The notes under the pieces are model-generated. The model did not search any database and had not been told where the DNA came from. It saw only the letters and a list, made by a program, of their open reading frames with translations. A DNA stretch of 64,000 nucleotides, taken from sequence record OR780565.1; one strand, written 5' to 3'. Both the position numbers and the translations under genes were made by a program. The stretch is from Escherichia phage DCP2. Positions within the stretch are counted from its first letter, which is position 1, and every line of letters starts with the position of its first letter. Shown here one piece after another: positions 31,976 through 39,789 of this stretch.

Positions 31976-32521
31976 ATGAGAAAAGCACTACTCGCTGGTC
32001 TATTGGCCATTTCAATGATGGCACATAGCTCCGAGCATACTTTCAGTAATGTCCAACTCGATAACATGCGTTACGCGTATCAATTCGGGGAACAATTTTC
32101 TAAGGATGGAAAATATAAAACACACAAAAACATCCATAAGAGCGGATTGGGTCATATAATGGCTGCTATTTTGTGGCAAGAAAGCTCTGCCGGAGTTAAT
32201 TTAAAATCTAAACCAAAGCATCATGCCTATGGAATGTTCCAAAATTATTTGCCAACTATGCGAGCAAGAGTTAAGGAACTTGGTTATAATATGACCGATG
32301 CCGAAATAAAAAGAATGTTGAATAAACGGTCCAATTCAGCTTCCTGGGCGTACATTGAACTTTCTTATTGGTTAAATATACATAAGGGTGATATAAGAAA
32401 AGCAATATCATCTTATAATTCGGGATGGAATGTTAAAGCAGGTTCTAAATATGCTTCTGAAGTCCTAGAAAAGGCTAATTACCTTAAAAATAATAAACTT
32501 TTGGAAATAGTAAATGACTAA
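31976..32521 (+). CDS. Secreted lytic transglycosylase-like protein
   Basis: N-terminal signal peptide; ILWQESS and YGMFQ motifs resembling SLT-family catalytic E-S and GLMQ. Confidence 0.55.
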   Translation: MRKALLAGLLAISMMAHSSEHTFSNVQLDNMRYAYQFGEQFSKDGKYKTHKNIHKSGLGHIMAAILWQESSAGVNLKSKPKHHAYGMFQNYLPTMRARVKELGYNMTDAEIKRMLNKRSNSASWAYIELSYWLNIHKGDIRKAISSYNSGWNVKAGSKYASEVLEKANYLKNNKLLEIVND

Positions 32522-32855
32522 AATTTTGGTTTTATGTATAGGATTAATTTCATTTTCTGTGTTAGCAGATACATCATATACTGAAATTAGAGAGTATGTA
32601 AACCGTACTGCAGCGGATTATTGCGGGAAAAATAAAGCATGCCAAGCTGAATTTGCGCAGAAATTAATATATGCATATAAAGACGGAGAAAGAGATAAAT
32701 CAAGCAGATACAAAAACGATACATTATTAAAACGATATGCTAAAAAGTGGAATACCTTAGAATGTTCAGTTGCGGAGGAGAAAGATAAAGCCGCTTGTCA
32801 TTCAATGGTTGACCGTTTGGTAGATTCTTATAATCGAGGATTGAGTACTAGATGA
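32514..32855 (+). CDS. Secreted protein in the vs (valyl-tRNA synthetase modifier) position
   Basis: 113 aa with signal-peptide-like N-terminus; by position only. Confidence 0.45.
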   Translation: MTKILVLCIGLISFSVLADTSYTEIREYVNRTAADYCGKNKACQAEFAQKLIYAYKDGERDKSSRYKNDTLLKRYAKKWNTLECSVAEEKDKAACHSMVDRLVDSYNRGLSTR

Positions 32856-33319
32856 TTGTAAAATATATCAAGGGCGATATTGTCGCCCTTTTCGCTGAAG
32901 GTAAAAATATTGCGCATGGATGCAATTGTTTTCATACTATGGGTTCAGGCGTAGCGGGTCAATTAACCAAAGCTTTCCCTAAAATTTTGGAAGCTGATAA
33001 ATTACAGACTGAATGGGGTGATGTAACTAAACTCGGTTCTTACTCAGTCTATGAAAAATACTTTAGGACTCATAAAGCGTATTGCTTCAACCTTTATACT
33101 CAATTTCAACCAGGGCCAAATTTTGAGTATTCCGCTTTAATGAATTGTATGTTAGAATTAAATGAGTTTGGTGAAAATAAACTGATTAAACCTACAATCT
33201 ATATGCCTAGGATTGGTGCAGGCATAGGTAAAGGGAACTGGGATATTATTGAGGGGATTTTAGATACATATTCCTCTAAATTAGAAATTGTGATTGTTGA
33301 TTGGGAACCGTTATTATGA
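32852..33319 (+). CDS. Macro-domain protein (ADP-ribose binding/processing candidate)
   Basis: GDIVALFAEGKNIAHGCNCFHTMGSGVAGQL and PRIGAGIGKG resemble macro-domain signature motifs. Confidence 0.55.
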   Translation: MIVKYIKGDIVALFAEGKNIAHGCNCFHTMGSGVAGQLTKAFPKILEADKLQTEWGDVTKLGSYSVYEKYFRTHKAYCFNLYTQFQPGPNFEYSALMNCMLELNEFGENKLIKPTIYMPRIGAGIGKGNWDIIEGILDTYSSKLEIVIVDWEPLL

Positions 33320-33528
33320 ATATACATTATCCACATCCATATGACCCAAAGAATAAGGTAGTAATTATTCGTCAATGGGAACGCATTTGCCGTACTAAAT
33401 GTCCAATTAATAGTCCGCATGATGTAGATAAAGACTACATTGGAACATTCGTTGAATATACCTTTATTGATAAGAAAGGTCGTAAACAGCATGTAGAAGA
33501 ATACTGCTTAAAGGTTACATGGTTATGA
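33301..33528 (+). CDS. Hypothetical protein
   Basis: 75-aa ORF. Confidence 0.4.
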   Translation: MGTVIMNIHYPHPYDPKNKVVIIRQWERICRTKCPINSPHDVDKDYIGTFVEYTFIDKKGRKQHVEEYCLKVTWL

Positions 33529-33731
33529 GCCAAACTAGTATTCTTAAAAATGCCCATTGTGAAAAGTGTAAATGGCCAGTTGTTTTTGCTTTATGCAACG
33601 ATGAAATGGCTTGTGATTTCGATTATTGGTGCTATTGTTCTAATAAAGGATGCATCAATCATAAAGGTGAAGGATTTTATTCGGGATTTTATCCTTATCC
33701 AGATTTCGTTAAAGAAGGTAAACCGAAATGA
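33519..33731 (+). CDS. Cysteine-rich small protein
   Basis: 70 aa with C-x2-C and multiple Cys/His; probable zinc binding. Confidence 0.4.
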   Translation: MVMSQTSILKNAHCEKCKWPVVFALCNDEMACDFDYWCYCSNKGCINHKGEGFYSGFYPYPDFVKEGKPK

Positions 33732-33901
33732 ATAGTTTTGAGTTACAGTATGAAGTGTTACGTGAGCTTGATAATTTAATTGAACTCGCTGTCAATAAAG
33801 GTTTTGCCATTGGAATCGGTCAAAAAGATACTGGTCATTTAACTATGGAAATATTTAAGCAAAAGCGAATTATTTTAAAACTCCTGGAAATTAATATATG
33901 A
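33728..33901 (+). CDS. Small hypothetical protein (below ORF-track cutoff)
   Basis: 57-aa ORF with ATGA overlaps at both ends (found by reading the sequence). Confidence 0.35.
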   Translation: MNSFELQYEVLRELDNLIELAVNKGFAIGIGQKDTGHLTMEIFKQKRIILKLLEINI

Positions 33902-34083
33902 GTCTGAGTAAAGAACAAAAAGATAAATTGTTTGAGCTTATCCATGAACTTCTAGATGAGCATACAGAAGCAAACACCTTTTATGATGAATACGGCCCGC
34001 TATCTCCCGAACAGCAAGAAGAATTTGCTGATCGGTTTGATAAGAAAGAAAACGAATTAATAGCTTATGTGAATATGCTTTAA
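33898..34083 (+). CDS. Hypothetical acidic protein
   Basis: 61-aa ORF directly upstream of tk. Confidence 0.4.
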   Translation: MSLSKEQKDKLFELIHELLDEHTEANTFYDEYGPLSPEQQEEFADRFDKKENELIAYVNML

Positions 34084-34092
34084 GAAGGTGAT

Positions 34093-34674
34093 ATGGCGAG
34101 TTTAATTTTTACTTACGCAGCAATGAATGCTGGAAAATCTGCTTCTCTTTTGACTGCTGCACATAATTATAAAGAACGCGGAATGGGTGTATTAGTTCTT
34201 AAGCCTGCTATTGATACTCGCGATTCTGTCTGTGAAGTCGTTTCTCGCATTGGAATTAAGCAGGAAGCGAATATTATTACGGATGATATGGATATTTTTG
34301 AGTTCTATAAATGGGCTGAAGCACAAAAAGATATTCATTGTGTATTTGTAGATGAAGCTCAGTTTTTAAAAACTGAACAGGTGCATCAATTAAGTCGAAT
34401 TGTTGATACATATAATGTTCCTGTTATGGCTTATGGGCTAAGGACTGATTTCGCTGGAAAATTATTTGAAGGTTCTAAAGAACTTTTGGCGATTGCAGAT
34501 AAACTTATTGAACTAAAGGCAGTTTGTCATTGTGGTAAAAAAGCTATTATGACAGCTCGATTAATGGAAGATGGAACACCAGTTAAAGAAGGTAATCAAA
34601 TCTGTATTGGTGATGAAATTTATGTTTCTTTGTGTAGAAAACATTGGAACGAATTAACTAAAAAGCTCGGTTAG
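34093..34674 (+). CDS. tk: Thymidine kinase
   Basis: 193 aa; P-loop AMNAGKS; C-x2-C zinc motifs; size matches T4 Tk. Confidence 0.9.
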   Translation: MASLIFTYAAMNAGKSASLLTAAHNYKERGMGVLVLKPAIDTRDSVCEVVSRIGIKQEANIITDDMDIFEFYKWAEAQKDIHCVFVDEAQFLKTEQVHQLSRIVDTYNVPVMAYGLRTDFAGKLFEGSKELLAIADKLIELKAVCHCGKKAIMTARLMEDGTPVKEGNQICIGDEIYVSLCRKHWNELTKKLG

Positions 34675-34683
34675 TGCAAAAGT

Positions 34684-34691
34684 TATAAATA
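34684..34691 (+). promoter_or_regulatory. Late promoter TATAAATA
   Basis: Exact TATAAATA 26 nt upstream of the ATG at 34717. Confidence 0.4.
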
Positions 34692-34716
34692 GGTTTATCT
34701 AACTAAAGGGGTATAT

Positions 34717-34929
34717 ATGCTACAATTAACTGAAAAGCAACTTCGCAATCTTACTGTTCTTCAATTAGATGAAATTCGTAGGGAAGTTGGAAATATCATT
34801 TCAGCTTTGCGTCGAGAAGTATCACTCAACCAATCTCCGGCAGACTATACTAGATTGCGAAATTTTGAAAAATACCTTGATAAAGTTAAGGCCGTGCATC
34901 GGCATAAAGTAAATACAGGACAAAAATGA
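34717..34929 (+). CDS. Hypothetical protein in the rI.1 position
   Basis: 70-aa ORF between tk and rI. Confidence 0.4.
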
Positions 34930-34941
34930 TAGGAGGCCTTT

Positions 34942-35235
34942 ATGGCCTTAAAAGCAACGGCACTATTTGCCATGCTAGGATTAGCGTTTGCTTTATCTCC
35001 ACCAATTGAAGCGAATGTCGATCCTCATTTTGATAAATTTATGGAATCTGGTATTAGACACGTTTATATGCTTTTTGAAAATAAAAGCGTAGAATCATCT
35101 GAACAGTTCTATAGTTTTATGCGAACGACTTATAAAAATGACCCGTGCTCTTCCGATTTTGAATGTATAGAGCGAGGCGCGGAGATGGCACAATCATACG
35201 CTAGAATTATGAACATTAAATTGGAGACTGAATGA
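34942..35235 (+). CDS. rI: Lysis inhibition regulator rI
   Basis: 97 aa with N-terminal signal-anchor; sequence matches my recollection of T4 RI. Confidence 0.8.
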   Translation: MALKATALFAMLGLAFALSPPIEANVDPHFDKFMESGIRHVYMLFENKSVESSEQFYSFMRTTYKNDPCSSDFECIERGAEMAQSYARIMNIKLETE

Positions 35236-35618
35236 AATTCAGCGACTTTTCACAAAGTGGAAAACCTTCAAAGGCAGATGAATACTTAGGTTTATTAATG
35301 GCTGCACAAGCTTATTTTCATTCTGCGCATTTTGAAACTAAAAGTTATGCTAGACACAAAGCATACGATTTTATTTTCTCTGAGTTGCCAGATTTGATTG
35401 ATAAATTTGGTGAGCAATATTTGGGGTATTCTGGTAGAAAATACACGCCTTCTATTCCAGATGCCAGTAAACTTCCTACCGACACAATTAAAATGATTGA
35501 TCGCATACTAGACCAATCTAACAGCATTTATAAAGAAATGCCTCCAGCCATTCAAAGCACGATAGATGATATTACTGGGATGTTTTACCAGAGTAAATAT
35601 CTTCTTTCCCTCGAATAA
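35232..35618 (+). CDS. Hypothetical protein in the rI.-1 position
   Basis: 128-aa ORF, ATGA-coupled to rI. Confidence 0.5.
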   Translation: MKFSDFSQSGKPSKADEYLGLLMAAQAYFHSAHFETKSYARHKAYDFIFSELPDLIDKFGEQYLGYSGRKYTPSIPDASKLPTDTIKMIDRILDQSNSIYKEMPPAIQSTIDDITGMFYQSKYLLSLE

Positions 35619-35622
35619 CATT

Positions 35623-35646
35623 AGTCTCCTTCGGGAGACTTTTTTC
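35623..35646 (+). terminator. Rho-independent terminator
   Basis: agtctcc-ttcg-ggagact hairpin followed by tttttt. Confidence 0.7.
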
Positions 35647-35655
35647 ATTTTACCG

Positions 35656-35685
35656 GTTTACTTTCCATTTGAGCTGTGATACTAT
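35656..35685 (+). promoter_or_regulatory. T4-type early promoter
   Basis: gtttac -35 and gtgatactatac -10. Confidence 0.6.
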
Positions 35686-35713
35686 ACAACTATCGGATAA
35701 AGAGGAGAACATC

Positions 35714-35902
35714 ATGAAAATTGAAGCACTTAATCAAGAAGGAAATATCTACGTCATCATTAATGGTGATTTTTTCGTCGACATGGATGAAGTTACTAGT
35801 GAAGAACTTGTAGAACTTCTTAAGAAACGTTATGATATGTGTGATGAAGCTGCAACTCATATGGCGTGTGCAATATTCTCTCTTTCATATGTGGTGGAAT
35901 AA
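35714..35902 (+). CDS. Hypothetical protein
   Basis: 62-aa ORF from internal Met with SD aagaggag. Confidence 0.4.
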   Translation: MKIEALNQEGNIYVIINGDFFVDMDEVTSEELVELLKKRYDMCDEAATHMACAIFSLSYVVE

Positions 35903-36105
35903 TGACTAGAATTGAACAAGCAGATAAAATTAAAGAATTGGTAGCTTTAATTCGCAAAGCAGATGAGGAACTTAGTGACTTTGCTTGGTTTTCGGCAGGC
36001 ATTGCAAATAAAGGTATTGAAAAATTTGAAGCTAAAGTTGATAATGCTTTAGAAGCGTTAGATATGTTTCTTGATGAAATTATCGATCATAATACGAGAG
36101 TTTAA
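35902..36105 (+). CDS. Hypothetical protein
   Basis: 67-aa ORF (MTRIEQADK...), start overlapping the upstream stop. Confidence 0.4.
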   Translation: MTRIEQADKIKELVALIRKADEELSDFAWFSAGIANKGIEKFEAKVDNALEALDMFLDEIIDHNTRV

Positions 36106-36107
36106 TT

Positions 36108-36302
36108 ATGCTAACACGTGAACAGTTTGAAAAAATTATTAAATTAGCACGTGATATTGAAATAGATTCATACCAATTAGCAGTTGAGCATTGTGAAGGA
36201 TATTCATACGACGGTATAGAAGCAGCTAAAAAGGATTTGGATAAATCCAAAGCTAAGTTAGTTCAATATCTTGAAATGATTAGGTGGAATAATGAAAACT
36301 GA
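36108..36302 (+). CDS. Hypothetical protein
   Basis: 64-aa ORF. Confidence 0.4.
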   Translation: MLTREQFEKIIKLARDIEIDSYQLAVEHCEGYSYDGIEAAKKDLDKSKAKLVQYLEMIRWNNEN

Positions 36303-36465
36303 AAAGCAGATGTTTTTAATGAAGCTAATTGAAGAATATGCTAATGCAGTTTCTGACTATGAGTATTCTGCTCGGGAAAGAGGTACAGCTTTCGCAAAGG
36401 AAGAAATGAAAATCATGGTTGATGCTCACACAAAGCTTCAGAATTTTATTGAAAACGTCATTTAA
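36292..36465 (+). CDS. Small hypothetical protein (below ORF-track cutoff)
   Basis: 57-aa ORF MKTEKQMFLMKLIEEYANAV... overlapping the upstream stop. Confidence 0.35.
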   Translation: MKTEKQMFLMKLIEEYANAVSDYEYSARERGTAFAKEEMKIMVDAHTKLQNFIENVI

Positions 36466-36467
36466 TG

Positions 36468-36497
36468 GTTTACAAGTTGGCAAGATTATGATATAGT
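36468..36497 (+). promoter_or_regulatory. T4-type early promoter overlapped by an inverted repeat
   Basis: gtttac -35 and tatagt -10; inverted repeat caagatta/taatcttg at 36481-36504 spans the -10. Confidence 0.55.
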
Positions 36498-36656
36498 AAT
36501 CTTGTCAACTGCCAAGGAGAAGAGAATGAAAGTTTTGTTTGTTGTGTATGTGATGATTCAATATAATTATCCAATGTTTACTTATAATCTGGTGAACAAC
36601 ATTATTGATATTATTCAAAGGAGTATGTAATTGTGGGTGAGTCGAAGAGAATCAAT

Positions 36657-37190
36657 ATGAAACGATTAGTATTAGAAGTTAGTCCGCTTTTTGGTGAATT
36701 AGCTATAGAAAAAGTAAATAATATGTATCGTTTGACACAAGAAGACGATATGCTATATTTTACGCCTAGTGAAATCATTCATTTAACCCAAATTGAATAT
36801 CCTTATACTGATAAAATAGTAAGCATCAATGATGAGCACAAAATTCATTTTTATTCTTCATGCCCAGGATTTAATATTAAAAGTGAGTCAATGTGTTTAT
36901 CAGTTATCCATTGGGATAGTTTTATAGATAAGATTAAATATTTTTATTATTCTAATGAAAGAAAACATAGTTTAAAATGGCTCAAAAATTGCAATGCTAT
37001 TATTACTAACGCTTGCAATCAGAATGATGAAACTGTTTTAAACGTATCAAAATGCTATGAAGATGGTGATGTCTTAACTATTCGTCAAATTGATGATTTT
37101 CGATCGTATATTGTCACATTTACCAAAGACGAAGCTATTGCGCTAAAGACTTATCTCGATTCTGTCATTCCAACTATGATTTCAAAGTGA
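36657..37190 (+). CDS. Hypothetical protein (paralogue A)
   Basis: About 177 aa from ATG with SD; C-terminus TIRQIDDFRSYIVTFTKDEAIALKTYLDSVIPTM is paralogous to the next ORF. Confidence 0.5.
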   Translation: MKRLVLEVSPLFGELAIEKVNNMYRLTQEDDMLYFTPSEIIHLTQIEYPYTDKIVSINDEHKIHFYSSCPGFNIKSESMCLSVIHWDSFIDKIKYFYYSNERKHSLKWLKNCNAIITNACNQNDETVLNVSKCYEDGDVLTIRQIDDFRSYIVTFTKDEAIALKTYLDSVIPTMISK

Positions 37191-37196
37191 GGAAAT

Positions 37197-37718
37197 ATGT
37201 TTATTTCAAGTGGAAGTGGTTTAATTCGTGTTGAATTTAAAAATGACATCTTCCTTATTCAAGGAGATGATATTATTAAAATGAGTTATGATGAAATTAA
37301 GAAAATTTGTAATGCTCTTGAAAGTCATGGAAAAGTGAACGCTGTTATTGATATTGGTGATTTATGGGTGACACTTTATGAAGTATCCGAAGGATTTAAT
37401 ATTGAAGATGAAAACAACATCTTAGCTATTGATAAAAGAAGCGATTTGTTTGATGTGTTAAAAGTTTATGAACAGTCAAACGGTGGAAGAAAAGCCGTAT
37501 TGATTTATCAAAAACCGCATTCATGTGGAACTGCTTCAATCATTTCAAATATTGAAGATGAAACTGATACTTATATGTGTGTTTTGAAAGCTGGCCGTGA
37601 CCGTCATCCGGATTTTATTTCTATTCGTCAAAACAATGAAGAAATTTCATTATCAAAATCAGAAGCTGAAGCTATGATTAAGTATTTAACAACTGTTACA
37701 CCTTCAATGAAAGGATAA
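37197..37718 (+). CDS. Hypothetical protein (paralogue B)
   Basis: 173 aa; C-terminus ISIRQNNEEISLSKSEAEAMIKYLTTVTPSM. Confidence 0.5.
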   Translation: MFISSGSGLIRVEFKNDIFLIQGDDIIKMSYDEIKKICNALESHGKVNAVIDIGDLWVTLYEVSEGFNIEDENNILAIDKRSDLFDVLKVYEQSNGGRKAVLIYQKPHSCGTASIISNIEDETDTYMCVLKAGRDRHPDFISIRQNNEEISLSKSEAEAMIKYLTTVTPSMKG

Positions 37719-37720
37719 TT

Positions 37721-38182
37721 ATGATTATTAATGAAAACTCTTGGCACTATAAATTATTCAAACTGTTTAACGACGAATGGAAACGACCTAAGACACTGTG
37801 TGCATACTTTTGGTCTATTGTTATCCCTACATTTTTCGTTTCTTTTTTCGGATGTACTATACTCGCAGGTCTAACTATCATCTGTGCAGAAATCATACAG
37901 AAATGGCTTATTTTTGGTAGTTTATGGACTCTTATTCCATCAGCATTTGTACTTGCCATTTTGCTTGTTTTACTTATTATCGGTTCATTTGTTATTCCTG
38001 CACAACTGCGTGAAAAATATAAAGATTATAAATGGAAAAAGGATTATGCTTTACACGTAGAAAATATTGATAGGGCGTATAAAGGTTTACCTCCTATTCA
38101 ACCCAAGAAATCTATTATCGTCGAATTTTTAAAAGCTCGTAAAGCTAAAGTATGTCCTGTTATTGAATATAAGGCTGAATGA
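37721..38182 (+). CDS. Polytopic small membrane protein
   Basis: 153 aa with about three hydrophobic helices; basic C-terminal tail. Confidence 0.5.
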   Translation: MIINENSWHYKLFKLFNDEWKRPKTLCAYFWSIVIPTFFVSFFGCTILAGLTIICAEIIQKWLIFGSLWTLIPSAFVLAILLVLLIIGSFVIPAQLREKYKDYKWKKDYALHVENIDRAYKGLPPIQPKKSIIVEFLKARKAKVCPVIEYKAE

Positions 38183-39192
38183 TGAAAACAGTAATGAAAA
38201 GCTATTTTGGTAGTCATCTTTATGGAACTTCTACTCCAGAATCTGATGTAGATTTTAAAGAAATCTTTGTTCCTCCTGCTCGCGATATTCTTATCGGAAA
38301 TGTTAAAGAGCATATGAGTAAAAACACTAACAACACATCATCTAAAAACACTAAAGATGATATTGACCACGAATTGTATAGTCTTAAATATTTCTTTAAA
38401 TTAGCAGCAGATGGTGAAACTGTAGCGTTAGATATGCTTCACACTCCACCTGAGTTAGTGGTTAAATCTGATTTGCCTGATGTGTGGAAGTTTATTCAAG
38501 ACAACCGTTCTCGTTTTTATACGACTAACATGAAATCCTATTTAGGATATGTCCGTAAGCAAGCTTCTAAATACGGCGTTAAGGGTTCTCGTTTGGCTGC
38601 ATTACGTGATGTATTGAAAGTAGTTAATCAAATCCCTGAGAAATGGGTTGATTACCAAGAAGATGGTTCTATTAAGCAGCGTCGTACTAAAGTTGAAGAT
38701 ATTAAGCATCGTCTTCCAGAAAACGAATTCTGTGAATGGGTGTTCCATAATCATGAGAAAACAGGCCCACAGACGTTCTACACAGTGTTGGGTCGTAAAT
38801 ATCAGACAACGCTTTCTCTTATTGAGCTTAAGCAGTCACTGAACAAATTAGATGCTGAATACGGTGAACGTGCTCGTAAGGCCGAAGCCAATGAAGGTAT
38901 TGACTGGAAAGCTCTGAGTCATGCTTGCCGTGGTGGACTCCAACTATTGGAAATTTACAAAACTGGTGACTTGGTTTATCCACTCCAAGATGCTCCATTT
39001 ATTCTCGACGTGAAGTTGGGTAAACATCCATTTAAAACGGTTCAAGAGTTTTTGGAAGATGTGGTCGATCAAGTAGAAGCAGCATCTACTGAAGCTTCTA
39101 AGAACGGTATGCAGCAAAAAGTAGACATGGGTTTTTGGGATGACTTCCTTGAGAGGGTTTATCTTGAAAACCACCGAAGTTATTATAAATGA
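38179..39192 (+). CDS. Pol-beta-superfamily nucleotidyltransferase-fold protein
   Basis: N-terminal F-G-S-x10-D-V-D-F fits hG[GS]x9-13Dh[DE]h; helical C-terminal region; ATGA overlap with the membrane ORF. Confidence 0.5.
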   Translation: MMKTVMKSYFGSHLYGTSTPESDVDFKEIFVPPARDILIGNVKEHMSKNTNNTSSKNTKDDIDHELYSLKYFFKLAADGETVALDMLHTPPELVVKSDLPDVWKFIQDNRSRFYTTNMKSYLGYVRKQASKYGVKGSRLAALRDVLKVVNQIPEKWVDYQEDGSIKQRRTKVEDIKHRLPENEFCEWVFHNHEKTGPQTFYTVLGRKYQTTLSLIELKQSLNKLDAEYGERARKAEANEGIDWKALSHACRGGLQLLEIYKTGDLVYPLQDAPFILDVKLGKHPFKTVQEFLEDVVDQVEAASTEASKNGMQQKVDMGFWDDFLERVYLENHRSYYK

Positions 39193-39194
39193 TA

Positions 39195-39220
39195 GGGAGC
39201 CTTCGGGCTCCCTTTTTTTA
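39195..39220 (+). terminator. Rho-independent terminator
   Basis: gggagc-cttc-gggctccc hairpin followed by ttttttt. Confidence 0.75.
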
Positions 39221-39243
39221 TTTCAAAAATTTTTCACAAAATT

Positions 39244-39273
39244 GTTTACAAGCATAAAGCTTTATGGTACTAT
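39244..39273 (+). promoter_or_regulatory. T4-type early promoter
   Basis: gtttac -35 and tggtactatac -10. Confidence 0.6.
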
Positions 39274-39310
39274 ACAACTATCAAAACAAACACTTAAACG
39301 GAAAAACAAA

Positions 39311-39460
39311 ATGAAAATTACACCAATTGAAGTAAAAAAGTTGATTGACACAGAAGAAATTTCAGAGTGTTTTGAAAGTTTCTTAGAAGATGCAACTGAA
39401 GATAATGCAGTTTATCTCGCTCAGAAAATTATCGAAACTTATTTGGAGAAGAATCAATGA
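39311..39460 (+). CDS. Small acidic hypothetical protein
   Basis: 49-aa ORF downstream of the promoter, coupled to the next ORF. Confidence 0.35.
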   Translation: MKITPIEVKKLIDTEEISECFESFLEDATEDNAVYLAQKIIETYLEKNQ

Positions 39461-39720
39461 CAGTTTACGTAGATGTTTTAATGAATCATGGATGGAAACT
39501 TCGCGGTCATCCAACTAAAAATTGTCATATGTTCACTGATGGAGATATTGAAGAGCTTCATGAAATGGCAGAAGCAATAGGAATGAAACGTTCTTGGTTT
39601 CAAGATAAACGCATTAAACATTATGACTTACACGCTCGCCGACGCCAAAAAGCTGTAGAACTTGGAGCTGTAGAAGTATCTCGCCGTGAAGCAGTAAAAA
39701 TTTGGCGAACGTTAAAATAA
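39457..39720 (+). CDS. Hypothetical basic protein
   Basis: 87-aa ORF MTVYVDVLMNHGWKLRGHPTKNCHMFTDGDIEELHEMAEAIGMKRSWFQ...; no CxxC, so not the thioredoxin. Confidence 0.45.
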   Translation: MTVYVDVLMNHGWKLRGHPTKNCHMFTDGDIEELHEMAEAIGMKRSWFQDKRIKHYDLHARRRQKAVELGAVEVSRREAVKIWRTLK

Positions 39721-39723
39721 ATT

Positions 39724-39753
39724 GTTTACAGAAGGGTAGTAGTGTGATACTAT
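39724..39753 (+). promoter_or_regulatory. T4-type early promoter
   Basis: gtttac -35 and gtgatactat -10. Confidence 0.6.
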
Positions 39754-39789
39754 TACCCTATCAAAACAAATGTGAGATTGGAGAATAAA

